Of a stretch of 64,000 nucleotides of DNA, positions 9,762 to 19,133 are shown in pieces. The translations under genes and the position numbers were made by a program. The DNA is from Minisyncoccota bacterium (GTDB lineage Bacteria; Patescibacteriota; Minisyncoccia; Phycocordibacterales; SBAW01): assembly GCA_035546575.1 (NCBI GenBank), contig DASZWN010000002.1, forward strand, positions 32,681 through 96,680, in the 5' to 3' direction. Within the stretch, counting starts at the first letter, position 1. The number at the start of each line of letters is the position of its first letter. The notes beneath the pieces are model-generated. The model did no database searches. It had not been told where the DNA came from and saw nothing but the letters and a program-made list of their open reading frames with translations.

Positions 9762-10187
9762 ATGAGAAGAATTTTTCCTATGCACGAGTACGAGCAGTAT
9801 TTAGGCGCTTTTTCTGCACATGCTATCGAATATAAAGGAGTGGTATATCCAACAGTGGAGCATGCATATCATTGCCAGCGATATGCTGACCCAAAGATAC
9901 AAGAAGAAATACGAGGCGCATTAAGTGCCTACAAAGCATGGGAGACTTCGCAAAAATATAAATCACAACAGTTTGCAGATTTTGATGCTAAAAAGGCAGA
10001 GATTATGGAGGAATTATGCCGGGCAAAACTTGCTCAGCATGAGGACGTTCAGGAAGCGCTAAAAGTGTCAGGCGACGCGGTAATAGTTAAGGATTACCCT
10101 GACTCTTTTTGGGGTATCGGTATGGATGGGGTAGGAAAGAACCTGATGGGAGTAATTTGGATAAAATTGCGTGCGGAACTCAAATAA
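9762..10187 (+). CDS. NADAR (YbiA-like) family protein
   Basis: YPTVEHAYH, AKLAQH, DSFWGIG..G.GKNLMG motifs; start moved to ATG 9762 (TACGAT 6 nt upstream). Confidence 0.85.
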   Translation: MRRIFPMHEYEQYLGAFSAHAIEYKGVVYPTVEHAYHCQRYADPKIQEEIRGALSAYKAWETSQKYKSQQFADFDAKKAEIMEELCRAKLAQHEDVQEALKVSGDAVIVKDYPDSFWGIGMDGVGKNLMGVIWIKLRAELK

Positions 10188-10202
10188 GATACAAAGAGCC
10201 AC

Positions 10203-10850
10203 ATGAACTTCCACGTGGTAACACTTTTTCCGGAGACTATTGAGGCGTATACAAACGCCTCTATACTTGGCCGTGCACAAAAGGAGAAAAAGTTTTCTGT
10301 TAAAACGTATCAACTGCGCGATTTTGTAACCAACAAATGGGGCAAGGTGGACGAGCGCCCATACGGCGGCGGCCCGGGCATGGTTATCCAGGCCGAGCCG
10401 GTACTGCGTGCAGTAGAGAAAATCCGTAAAGGTAAAAAGATACGCGTGCTCATCACGGCTGCTGGCGGCAAGCCGCTGACCAACGCGTATGCTGCGATGC
10501 TCGCCAAGGAAAACAAAGACGTGATCATTGTCTGCGGCCGATACGAGGGGATTGATGCTCGGGCCAAAAAGATACTCAATGCGCGCGAGATTTCCGTCGG
10601 CCCCTACATTTTGACTGGTGGCGAGGTGCCAGCGCTCGCGATAATCGACGCGACTGCACGCCAGATTAAAGGCGTGTTAGGTAAGTTTGAGAGTCTTGAA
10701 GAATCACGGGTTGCAAGCCACGAGATCTATACCCGCCCTGAGGTGTTAAAGGCAAAAGGGAAGTCTTATCGGGTGCCAAAGGTCCTCCTCTCCGGCCACC
10801 ATGCCAATATCGATGCGATGAGGGCTAAAAAGCGGAGTAAACCCCTATAA
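10203..10850 (+). CDS. trmD: tRNA (guanine37-N1)-methyltransferase
   Basis: VDERPYGGGPGMV, CGRYEGID, SVGPYILTGGE, VPKVLLSGHH. Confidence 0.97.
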   Translation: MNFHVVTLFPETIEAYTNASILGRAQKEKKFSVKTYQLRDFVTNKWGKVDERPYGGGPGMVIQAEPVLRAVEKIRKGKKIRVLITAAGGKPLTNAYAAMLAKENKDVIIVCGRYEGIDARAKKILNAREISVGPYILTGGEVPALAIIDATARQIKGVLGKFESLEESRVASHEIYTRPEVLKAKGKSYRVPKVLLSGHHANIDAMRAKKRSKPL

Positions 10851-10868
10851 ATAAGGGTGGATAAGGGC

Positions 10869-10896
10869 TTGACGGAACTCTCAGAACCCGTATACT
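10869..10896 (+). promoter_or_regulatory. Sigma70-type promoter of rpoBC
   Basis: TTGACG-16 nt-TATACT. Confidence 0.7.
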
Positions 10897-10902
10897 AGAT
10901 AG

Positions 10903-11075
10903 CGAAACCAGGGCAGGGACCAAGAGTGAGTATCGAGTGGCGCGGTTTCGATACAAAGTACATATAAGGGGCGTAAGCATCTTATATGTACCAATTAAAT
11001 AGAGAGGTGATAAAGACCACCTAACAGCTTGAGGAAATCGAGCAAGGGGGCGTTTAACGCACCCGCTCTTTTTGT
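10903..11075 (+). promoter_or_regulatory. Structured 5' leader / candidate attenuator of rpoBC
   Basis: Five consecutive hairpins ending in a GC stem plus U-tract, inside a ~315-nt leader. Confidence 0.55.
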
Positions 11076-11218
11076 GTTTTGTGAGTGTGCATAAGTGCGT
11101 TGATCTTTTTCTCTTTTTAATTGTTCAATTTTCAAATCCTGCGGTTTAAAAATTGAAGTTCATGTGCTCTTAATGGTCCCGCCCGCCTCCATTATTACGT
11201 TCGTAAACAGAAATTAGT

Positions 11219-14200
11219 ATGCGTGAACAAAAGTTTTTCTCTCGATATCGTACGCCGCGCGTCGAGACACCGAACCTAGTAGAAGCACAGCTCGACTCCT
11301 ACAACTGGCTCCTCACCGAGGGAGTTAAGGAGACGTTCAAAGAGTTCACGCCGATCAAAGACTACTCGGGCAAAAAGTTTGACCTCGAGTTTGTAAAGAT
11401 CGAGATGGGGGAGCCCAAGTTTGACGAGCACTACGCAAAAGCGCAGAAGATGACGCTCGACCAGCCGCTGCGCGCTATCGTTAAGCTCAAGAACAAGGCA
11501 AATGGTAGCGAGAAGGAGCAGGAGATCTTCTTGGCCGATATGCCGGTCATGACCGACCACGGCACATTCGTGATCAACGGCGTTGAGCGCGTTATCGTGC
11601 CGCAGCTTGCACGCTCATACGGCGTATTTTTTACCGCAGAAGAGGTTAAGGGCAAGCGCCACTTCGGCGCAAAGGTGATCCCGGCACGCGGTGCGTGGAT
11701 CGAGATCGAGGCGGGCGCCGAGAATGACCTTTCGGTGCGTATTGACCGCAAGCGCAAGTTCCCTGCGACTTCCCTCCTCCGCGTCCTTGGCGCGCAGTAC
11801 GACAGCGACCTTAAGTCGCTCTTTGCCGGCAATGCAAATGAAAAGCGCTGGATTGAGAGTGCGCTCGAGGTAGACCCTGCTAAGACCCAGGAAGATGCAT
11901 ATATAGAGATCCACAAGCGCCTCCGCGACGGCGACTTGGCTACTGCTGCAAACGCCCGCGAATATATCGACTCTATCTTTAACGAGGAGCGCTACGACCT
12001 TTCTCGTGTGGGCCGCTATCGCTTTAACCAGCGCTTCAACAAGTCGCTCGACGAAAAGGAGTTGACCCGCAAGACACTCAGCCTCGACGACATCGTTACG
12101 GTTATCAAACAGGTGATCAACCTCGAGAACGATCCGAATGCTGTCGAGGACAACATCGACCACTTGGGCTCCCGCCGCGTACGCTACGTGGGCGAAATGT
12201 TGCAGTCACGTTTGCGTGTTGGTTTGACCCACATGAAGCGCAATATCCAAGACCGCATGTCGACTATCGATGCCGAGGCAACGATGCCGGTCATGTTTGT
12301 TAATCCGCGCCCGCTCCAGGCCCGCATCAAAGAATTTTTCACCACCAACCAGCTGAGCCAGTTCATGCAGCAGGAGAACGCGCTCACCGAGCTTGAGCAC
12401 CTCCGCACGCTCTCCGCGCTCGGTCCGGGCGGTCTTACACGCGAGCGTGCAGGCTTTGAGGTGCGCGACGTGCACCCATCGCACTACGGCCGCCTCTGCC
12501 CGATCCACACTCCGGAAGGCCCGAACATTGGTCTCATTTTGCGCCTCTCAAACTTTGCACGCCTCAACGAGTTCGGCATGATCGAAACTCCGTACGCAAA
12601 GGTTGTTAACGGCAAAGTCACAAGCGAGATCCACTACCTCAACGCAGCAGAAGAGGAAAAGGAGTCTATCGCACACGCAGGCGTTGTCGTGAACAAAGAT
12701 GGCATAATCGAGGAAGAGTCAGTTGAGGTCCGTCTCAACGGCTCGCCTACTCGCGTACCTAAAAAGGAAGTGAGTTATATCGACGTTGCCCCTGAGCAGC
12801 CATTCTCCGTTGCTACATCAATGATCCCGTTCCTCGAGCACGACGACGCAAACCGCGCGCTCATGGGTTCGAACATGCAGAAGCAGGCTACGCCTTGTAT
12901 CGTGCCTGAAGCACCGCTCGTTGGTACAGGCATCGAGGCTCGCGCAGCAAAGGACACCGGCCGCCTCCATCTTGCAAAAGAAGATGGTGTGGTTACCCAG
13001 GCCGACGGCAAGCGTGTCATTGTTAAAAATGCAAAGGGCAAAGAGATTACCTATCCGCTCGTTAACTTTGTCCGCACCAACGGATTTACCGCGCTCCATC
13101 AGCGCCCGTCAGTAACTGTGGGCGACAAAGTTAAGAAGGGCGATCTGCTTGCAGACACCTCTACATCCGATGCTGGCCAGTTGGCACTCGGTCAGAACTG
13201 CCTCGTAGCGTTTATGACCTGGTCTGGCGCTAACTACGAAGACGCAATCATCATCTCCGAGCGCATGGTTAAAAACAGCAAGTTCTCTTCAATCCACATT
13301 GAGGAGTTTGTCTGCAACGTGCGCGACACCAAACTAGGGCCCGAGGAGACAACCCACGATATCCCGAACGTTTCTGAAAGTAAGCTGCGTAACCTCGACG
13401 AGGACGGTATCGTCCGCATGGGTTCCGAGGTTCGCCCGGGCGACATTCTTGTGGGTAAGATCACGCCAAAAGGCGAGACACAGCTCACTCCTGAGGAGCG
13501 TTTGCTCCGTTCGATCTTTGGCGATAAGGCCCGCGATGTTAAAGACTCGTCACTCCGCATGGAGAACGGCAAGCGCGGCCGCATCATCGGCGTAAAGGTA
13601 TTCTCACGCGAGGCTGGCCATGCACTCGAAAGCGGCATCATCAAGCGCATTCATATTGAGATCGCACAGTTGCGCCCGGTATCGGTTGGCGACAAGCTCG
13701 CAGGCCGCCACGGCAACAAGGGAGTTATTTCGCGAATTCTTCCCGAGGAAGACATGCCGTACATGGCAGATGGTCGCCCGGTTGATGTGATCCTCACTCC
13801 GCTCGGTGTGCCAAGCCGCATGAACCTCGGCCAGATCCTCGAGCTGCACTTGGGTCTTGCGGCAAACACACTCGACTACCAGGCAATCTGTCCGCCCTTC
13901 GCGGGAGCTACGGAAGGAGAGATCCGCGAAGAATTAAAAAAGGCAGGTTTCAATGAGTCTGGAAAGATGGCCCTGTACGACGGCCGCACCGGCGAGAAGT
14001 TTGAGCAGGACATCGCGGTGGGTTATATGTACATCTTGAAACTCCATCACATGGTGGCCGACAAGATCCACATGCGCTCTATCGGTCCGTACTCTCTTAT
14101 TACGCAGCAGCCACTCGGTGGCAAGGCACAGGGCGGCGGTCAGCGTTTTGGAGAAATGGAAGTGTGGGCGCTCCTCGGCTACGGCGCTGCATATACGCTG

Positions 14201-17200
14201 CGCGAGATGCTCACGATTAAGTCGGACGACATCGTTGGTCGCTCCGCTGCCTTCGACGCGATCGTCCGCGGCGAGCGCATCAACCATCACTACGCACCGG
14301 CATCATTTAACGTGTTGCTCCATACGCTGCGCGGCCTCTCGCTCGACGTTGAGCTCATGCACGGCAACTCGGCAGTACGCGGCCTCAAGAAGACTCCGGG
14401 TGCCGAGGTATCCGACTTCGACGCAGTCCGCATCCGCCCAGCTAGCCCTGAGAAAATCCTTGAGTGGTCATACGGCGAGGTTACCAAACCAGAAACAATC
14501 AACTACCGCACTCAGCGCCCGGAGAAAAACTCACTCTTCGACGAGAAGATCTTTGGTCCTGAAAAAGATTACGAATGCTACTGCGGTAAGTACCGGGGCA
14601 TCCGCTACAAGGGTATTATCTGCGAGAAGTGCGGTGTCGAGATCACACGCGCAATTGTCCGCCGCGAGCGCATGGGCCATGTCGACCTGGCAGTGCCGGT
14701 CGCACACGTCTGGTTCTTGCGCGCAATCCCATCGCGTCTCTCCATGGTGCTTGGTATCCCATCAGGCGAGCTTGAGAAGGTAGTCTACTTTGCCGGCTAC
14801 ATTGTTACCCAAATCCATAAAGCAGAAAAAGAGCGCATCGTCAGCGAGCTCGAAGCTGAGTACAAGCAGAAGATGAAGAATCTTGTGGACGAAAAGTCCA
14901 AGGACAAGATGAAAGAGCTCTTCCTCGAGGCTAAGCACGACATCGACGCGATCCATCTTGGCGCAGTGCTCGACGAGCCTAAATATCACCGCTACGCAAT
15001 CAAGTACGGAGCAATGTTCGAGGCAGGCATCGGTGCCGAGGCAATCTACAACCTCTGCAAGGAGCTCAACCTCAAGGAGATGATCGCTCAGACAGAAGAG
15101 GCGCTCACCACCGCAGGTGCGGCAGACCGCGAGAAGTTCGGCAAGCGCCTTTCTGCCTTGCGCGCAATGTCTCGCGCGATGGTGCGCCCTGAGTGGATGT
15201 TCTTAACACGCATTCCGGTTATTCCGCCGGGTCTTCGCCCGATGGTTGCGCTCGACGGCGGCCGCCATGCAACCTCCGATGTCAACGACCTCTATCGCCG
15301 CGTCATCAATCGCAACAACCGCCTCAAGAAGCTCCTCGACATCCACGCTCCAGACGTAATCTTGCGCAACGAGAAGCGCATCTTGCAGGAGGCAGTCGAC
15401 GCGCTTATCGACAACTCGATCCGCCACGGCGGTGCCGCATACTCTGCAGCCGCACAGGCACGCACACGCCCACTCAAGTCGCTCTCCGACAACCTCAAGG
15501 GCAAGCACGGCCTCTTCCGCCAGAACTTGCTCGGTAAGCGCGTAGACTACTCGGGCCGCTCGGTTATCGTCGTTGGTCCGGAGCTTCGCCTCAACCAGTG
15601 CGGTTTGCCTAAGCACATGGCACTCGAGCTCTTCCGCCCGTTTGTTATCGGCAAATTGCTCGAGAAGGAACTCGCATACAACATCCGCGGCGCCGGTCGT
15701 CTTATCGACGAAGGAGTATCCGAAGTGTGGGCAATTCTCGAAGAGATCATCAAAGACAAATACGTGCTGCTTAACCGCGCACCAACCCTCCACCGCCTCG
15801 GTATCCAGGCATTCCAGCCGGTGCTGATCGAAGGCAACGCTATCCAGCTGCACCCACTCGTATGTCCTGCATTTAACGCAGACTTCGACGGCGACCAGAT
15901 GGCAGTACACGTGCCGCTCTCACCTGAGGCTCAGGCAGAGGCGCGCGAGATCATGTCGTCCGCTAAAAATATTCTTAAGCCCGGTAACGGCGAGCCGGTG
16001 GTGGCAACCAAGCTTCTCGACATCTTGCTCGGCTCATACTGGATGACCAAGGTTGTTGAGGGTGCAAAAGGCGAGGGCAAGGCATTCTCTTCTCCTAACG
16101 CCGCAATTCTTGCATACGACTACGGCGACGTAGGCTTCCAGGCAAAGATCAAAGTCTTGCCGTCTGAAAAGGAGAAGTACGCGCAGTTCGGCGGCGAAAT
16201 ATTCGAGACCACGGTCGGCCGCCTCCTCTTTAACACTGTCTTCCCGAGCGACTACGCATTCATCAACACCCCAATCGACAAAAAGGGCATGGCAAAGCTC
16301 GTCGACGATCTTATCGCGCGCTACGGCCTCGAGAAAGTTCCGGAAATCCTCGACCGCATTAAGAACTTCGGCTTCCGCTACGTAACGCAGTCGGGCATCA
16401 CCTGGTCGCTCGATGACATCAAGATCCCGCAGGAGAAGCACGAGATCGTTGCCCGCGCACAAAAGAAGTCCGACGAAGTCGTCGAGCACTGGCAGCAGGG
16501 TCTCTTGTCCGAAGAGGAGCGCTACCGCCTCAACATCGAGGTATGGCATGCCGCTAAGGCCGAGGTTGAAAAGATCATGCCAGGCACGCTCCAGCTCAAC
16601 GGCTCGGTGTCCGACATGCTCAAGTCTGGCGCCCGCGGCTCCGTTGCGCAGGTTACCCAGATGGCCGGCATGAAGGGTCTTATCGCATCGCCTACAGGCG
16701 AGGCAATCGAGTTCCCGATCACCAAGTCGATGAAGGAGGGTCTCACGCCTCTGGAGTACTTCATCACTACGCACGGCTCGCGCAAGGGTCTCTCCGACAC
16801 CGCGCTCAACACAGCGAAGGCAGGCTACCTTACTCGCCGTCTCTTCGACGTCGCACAAGACGTGGTTGTTGGTGAGGAAGATTGCGGCACCAAAGAAGGT
16901 CTCGTTATAACGCGCGAGTCTGCATCGGGCATTGGCACATTCCTCGCACAAAACATTTCCGGCCGTTACTTGGCAGGCGATCTCGAAATCGACGGTAAAG
17001 TAGCATTCAAGAAAGGCCACTTCATCACTCACGCAGATGCAAAACATATAGAAGAGGCAGGTACACCGAGCGTTTACGTACGCTCCCCAGTCGCATGTAA
17101 GTCGGCAGAGGGTATCTGCGCTCGGTGCTACGGCGCAGACCTCGGCACCATGAAGCCGGTTAACCTCGGCGAGGCAGTCGGTACGGTTGCAGCACAGGCA

Positions 17201-18076
17201 ATCGGCGAGCCGGGCACCCAGCTCACCATGCGTACCTTCCACGCCGGCGGTGCAGCGAGCGTGGGCGGCGACATCACCCAAGGTCTCCCTCGCGTTGAGG
17301 AAATCTTTGAGCGCCGCGCGCCTCGCAACCCGGCAGTTATTGCAACTGTGTCGGGCGAGGTAGTCGAGATCAAAGACGACGGCAAAGAAAAGGTGATTGT
17401 GGTTGCTCCTGATATCGAGCACAAGGGTAAGGGCAAGAAGGAGACCATCGAGTACGAGGTCCACTTCCGCCGCGTTGCTGCGGTTAAGGTAGGCGACACC
17501 ATCAAGAAGGGCCAGTTCCTCACCGACGGTTCTGCAGACCTCACCGAGCTCTACAAATATGCCGGCAAAGAGGCGACTCAGGCGTACATTATCTCCGAGA
17601 TCGTTAAGATCTACGAGCTCCAGGGCGCAAACATCTCGGCAAAGCACCTCGAGGTTATCGTGCGCCAGATGTTTAGCCGCGTGAAGATTGTCGAGCCAGG
17701 TTCGAGCGAGTTCTCAAAGGGCGACATCACCAGCGAGCCGGATCTCTTGGCACTTAACAAGAAGATTGCAGAGGAGGGTGGCGAGAAGGTGACAAGCGAG
17801 GGTCTCATCATGGGTATTCTCGACGTATCGCTCTCGCGCCAGAGCTTCCTCTCGGCAGCATCGTTCCAGAACACGACTCGCATGCTCATTCGTGCCTCGC
17901 TCTACGGCAGCGTAGATCATCTCGAGGGTCTCAAGGAGAACGTCATCATCGGTCGCCTTATCCCAGCAGGTACCGGCTTTAAGGGCAGTCCTAAGGCAGA
18001 TCTTGTTGCCAAGTACGGCCCGCAAACTGCAGACGTTGTCCCGGTAGGGAAAGAGGAGAAGGAGTCGGTAGCGTAA
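11219..18076 (+). CDS. rpoBC: Fused RNA polymerase beta-beta' subunit (2285 aa)
   Basis: Beta motifs (GDKLAGRHGNKG, GQRFGEME) run in frame through a short linker into beta' (SYGEVTKPETINYRT, zinc finger, NADFDGD, QLTMRTFH) with no stop codon. Confidence 0.96.
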   Translation: MREQKFFSRYRTPRVETPNLVEAQLDSYNWLLTEGVKETFKEFTPIKDYSGKKFDLEFVKIEMGEPKFDEHYAKAQKMTLDQPLRAIVKLKNKANGSEKEQEIFLADMPVMTDHGTFVINGVERVIVPQLARSYGVFFTAEEVKGKRHFGAKVIPARGAWIEIEAGAENDLSVRIDRKRKFPATSLLRVLGAQYDSDLKSLFAGNANEKRWIESALEVDPAKTQEDAYIEIHKRLRDGDLATAANAREYIDSIFNEERYDLSRVGRYRFNQRFNKSLDEKELTRKTLSLDDIVTVIKQVINLENDPNAVEDNIDHLGSRRVRYVGEMLQSRLRVGLTHMKRNIQDRMSTIDAEATMPVMFVNPRPLQARIKEFFTTNQLSQFMQQENALTELEHLRTLSALGPGGLTRERAGFEVRDVHPSHYGRLCPIHTPEGPNIGLILRLSNFARLNEFGMIETPYAKVVNGKVTSEIHYLNAAEEEKESIAHAGVVVNKDGIIEEESVEVRLNGSPTRVPKKEVSYIDVAPEQPFSVATSMIPFLEHDDANRALMGSNMQKQATPCIVPEAPLVGTGIEARAAKDTGRLHLAKEDGVVTQADGKRVIVKNAKGKEITYPLVNFVRTNGFTALHQRPSVTVGDKVKKGDLLADTSTSDAGQLALGQNCLVAFMTWSGANYEDAIIISERMVKNSKFSSIHIEEFVCNVRDTKLGPEETTHDIPNVSESKLRNLDEDGIVRMGSEVRPGDILVGKITPKGETQLTPEERLLRSIFGDKARDVKDSSLRMENGKRGRIIGVKVFSREAGHALESGIIKRIHIEIAQLRPVSVGDKLAGRHGNKGVISRILPEEDMPYMADGRPVDVILTPLGVPSRMNLGQILELHLGLAANTLDYQAICPPFAGATEGEIREELKKAGFNESGKMALYDGRTGEKFEQDIAVGYMYILKLHHMVADKIHMRSIGPYSLITQQPLGGKAQGGGQRFGEMEVWALLGYGAAYTLREMLTIKSDDIVGRSAAFDAIVRGERINHHYAPASFNVLLHTLRGLSLDVELMHGNSAVRGLKKTPGAEVSDFDAVRIRPASPEKILEWSYGEVTKPETINYRTQRPEKNSLFDEKIFGPEKDYECYCGKYRGIRYKGIICEKCGVEITRAIVRRERMGHVDLAVPVAHVWFLRAIPSRLSMVLGIPSGELEKVVYFAGYIVTQIHKAEKERIVSELEAEYKQKMKNLVDEKSKDKMKELFLEAKHDIDAIHLGAVLDEPKYHRYAIKYGAMFEAGIGAEAIYNLCKELNLKEMIAQTEEALTTAGAADREKFGKRLSALRAMSRAMVRPEWMFLTRIPVIPPGLRPMVALDGGRHATSDVNDLYRRVINRNNRLKKLLDIHAPDVILRNEKRILQEAVDALIDNSIRHGGAAYSAAAQARTRPLKSLSDNLKGKHGLFRQNLLGKRVDYSGRSVIVVGPELRLNQCGLPKHMALELFRPFVIGKLLEKELAYNIRGAGRLIDEGVSEVWAILEEIIKDKYVLLNRAPTLHRLGIQAFQPVLIEGNAIQLHPLVCPAFNADFDGDQMAVHVPLSPEAQAEAREIMSSAKNILKPGNGEPVVATKLLDILLGSYWMTKVVEGAKGEGKAFSSPNAAILAYDYGDVGFQAKIKVLPSEKEKYAQFGGEIFETTVGRLLFNTVFPSDYAFINTPIDKKGMAKLVDDLIARYGLEKVPEILDRIKNFGFRYVTQSGITWSLDDIKIPQEKHEIVARAQKKSDEVVEHWQQGLLSEEERYRLNIEVWHAAKAEVEKIMPGTLQLNGSVSDMLKSGARGSVAQVTQMAGMKGLIASPTGEAIEFPITKSMKEGLTPLEYFITTHGSRKGLSDTALNTAKAGYLTRRLFDVAQDVVVGEEDCGTKEGLVITRESASGIGTFLAQNISGRYLAGDLEIDGKVAFKKGHFITHADAKHIEEAGTPSVYVRSPVACKSAEGICARCYGADLGTMKPVNLGEAVGTVAAQAIGEPGTQLTMRTFHAGGAASVGGDITQGLPRVEEIFERRAPRNPAVIATVSGEVVEIKDDGKEKVIVVAPDIEHKGKGKKETIEYEVHFRRVAAVKVGDTIKKGQFLTDGSADLTELYKYAGKEATQAYIISEIVKIYELQGANISAKHLEVIVRQMFSRVKIVEPGSSEFSKGDITSEPDLLALNKKIAEEGGEKVTSEGLIMGILDVSLSRQSFLSAASFQNTTRMLIRASLYGSVDHLEGLKENVIIGRLIPAGTGFKGSPKADLVAKYGPQTADVVPVGKEEKESVA

Positions 18077-18097
18077 TAAATAAAATTTAGAAAAGTT

Positions 18098-18129
18098 AAA
18101 CGGCGCGGAGATTTCTCTCCGCGCCGTTT
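18098..18129. terminator. Bidirectional terminator after rpoBC
   Basis: aaacggcgcggaga-tttc-tctccgcgccgttt, perfect 14-bp stem. Confidence 0.8.
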
Positions 18130-18140
18130 GGCGTTCATAT

Positions 18141-18383
18141 TTACAGTACGAGATCTTCCGGTTGCAGAAAATCAAGTCCCATATCCTGCAGGGTCTCGTC
18201 AACGGCTTCCTTCCCGAACTGGATCCTCATCAGTTTGATAGTAGTATGCCAGGCGATCATACGGGTGTAGGAAAGACCGTTACCCGTTTCCACCAGCTTG
18301 TCCGGGATCTTGGTGATGCTCCCACGAATCATCGAATCCAAGCATTGGTATGCCTTGGGGTGGCGTGCAACTGTCTGGATCAA
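18141..18383 (-). CDS. Hypothetical protein (80 aa, TTG start)
   Basis: AGGAG 7 nt upstream of the TTG; ends at the terminator; no recognisable family. Confidence 0.45.
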   Translation of the reverse strand: MIQTVARHPKAYQCLDSMIRGSITKIPDKLVETGNGLSYTRMIAWHTTIKLMRIQFGKEAVDETLQDMGLDFLQPEDLVL

Positions 18384-18479
18384 GACGATCTCCTAAGAAA
18401 GAGGAACAAAATCGTTATCATCAAACTCCTAATTGCGGATTTTGTCAAGTAAAGTGCAAAGGCTACATACCACAAAACA

Positions 18480-18509
18480 CTCAATTTTGCGCATATGCGA
18501 GAAATTGAG
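18480..18509. repeat. 30-bp imperfect palindrome, copy downstream of the PaaX/Cas2-like gene
   Basis: ctcaattttgcgcatatgcgagaaattgag. Confidence 0.8.
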
Positions 18510-18527
18510 GAGATAGTGAGATGTGGG

Positions 18528-19019
18528 TTAGTAGGTGAGGTTAAAGTATGAACGCAGCTTCTTCTCTCCGCTTATGTGTTCGGCGGTTATAAAAGAAACA
18601 CAGCCTGATAAGTGATAAAAGGTAGCGATCGCGCGAACGGTTTCTTCCAGTGGATATGGGTAGACCCACACCGAGTTCTGGTATAATACCAATCCTAACT
18701 CTTTGATTCTTAGACGGAATGCGTCGCGTCGTTTACGTTTGTCTTTCGGGATATCAAACAACACGATCCGCCATTTTTTATCCCATGATGGAGGAGTGGG
18801 TATGGTAAGAGACCAGACATTCTCTTCGTTGAGAATATGGCGACCTTTTGTTGTCAGACGGTACGTGCCTTTTCCTCCTTTAATGTACCCGCGGTACTTC
18901 ATGTTCTCCAACCTTTTAGCTTGAGTTTTGACGTCAAGGTTTTTCCCGTCAGAAATAGCTTGTAGGAGCATGAGTAAAAGGCTTGTAGTCCCACGGCCCG
19001 CTGCGCTTTTAGAAGACAC
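18528..19019 (-). CDS. PaaX-like regulator (winged helix plus Cas2-like domain)
   Basis: YRLTTKG wing, then WDKKWRIVLFDIP..KR.RRDAFR..LGL..YQNSVWVYPY. Probable GTG start at 19019, 7 nt after a TATACT; the longer track ORF crosses a terminator. Confidence 0.82.
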   Translation of the reverse strand: MSSKSAAGRGTTSLLLMLLQAISDGKNLDVKTQAKRLENMKYRGYIKGGKGTYRLTTKGRHILNEENVWSLTIPTPPSWDKKWRIVLFDIPKDKRKRRDAFRLRIKELGLVLYQNSVWVYPYPLEETVRAIATFYHLSGCVSFITAEHISGEKKLRSYFNLTY

Positions 19020-19032
19020 ATGAGGAAGTATA

Positions 19033-19062
19033 CTCAATTTCTCGCATATGCGAAATTTTGAG
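19033..19062. repeat. 30-bp imperfect palindrome, copy over the promoter of the PaaX/Cas2-like gene
   Basis: ctcaatttctcgcatatgcgaaattttgag, directly abutting the -10 at 19027-19032. Confidence 0.8.
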
Positions 19063-19085
19063 GGTTTTGATGAAATCATCAATAG

Positions 19086-19114
19086 AAAAACGGCGGCCTT
19101 TGGGGCCGCCGTTT
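19086..19114 (-). terminator. Intrinsic terminator after ORF 19134-19364
   Basis: aaacggcggcc...ggccgccgttt hairpin with a U-tract on the minus strand. Confidence 0.7.
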
Positions 19115-19133
19115 GCGTTGTCTTATATTCCAC

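Noticed and set aside
11001-11070. tRNA-like cloverleaf in the rpoBC leader
   Set aside because: No T-loop GTTC, D-loop consensus or 7-bp acceptor stem; kept only as a structured leader.
16034-17647. Long antisense ORFs (537 aa here; also 21406-22491 and 31240-32277)
   Set aside because: They are shadows of strongly codon-biased genes (rpoBC, rpoD, nrdA) and show no protein motifs.
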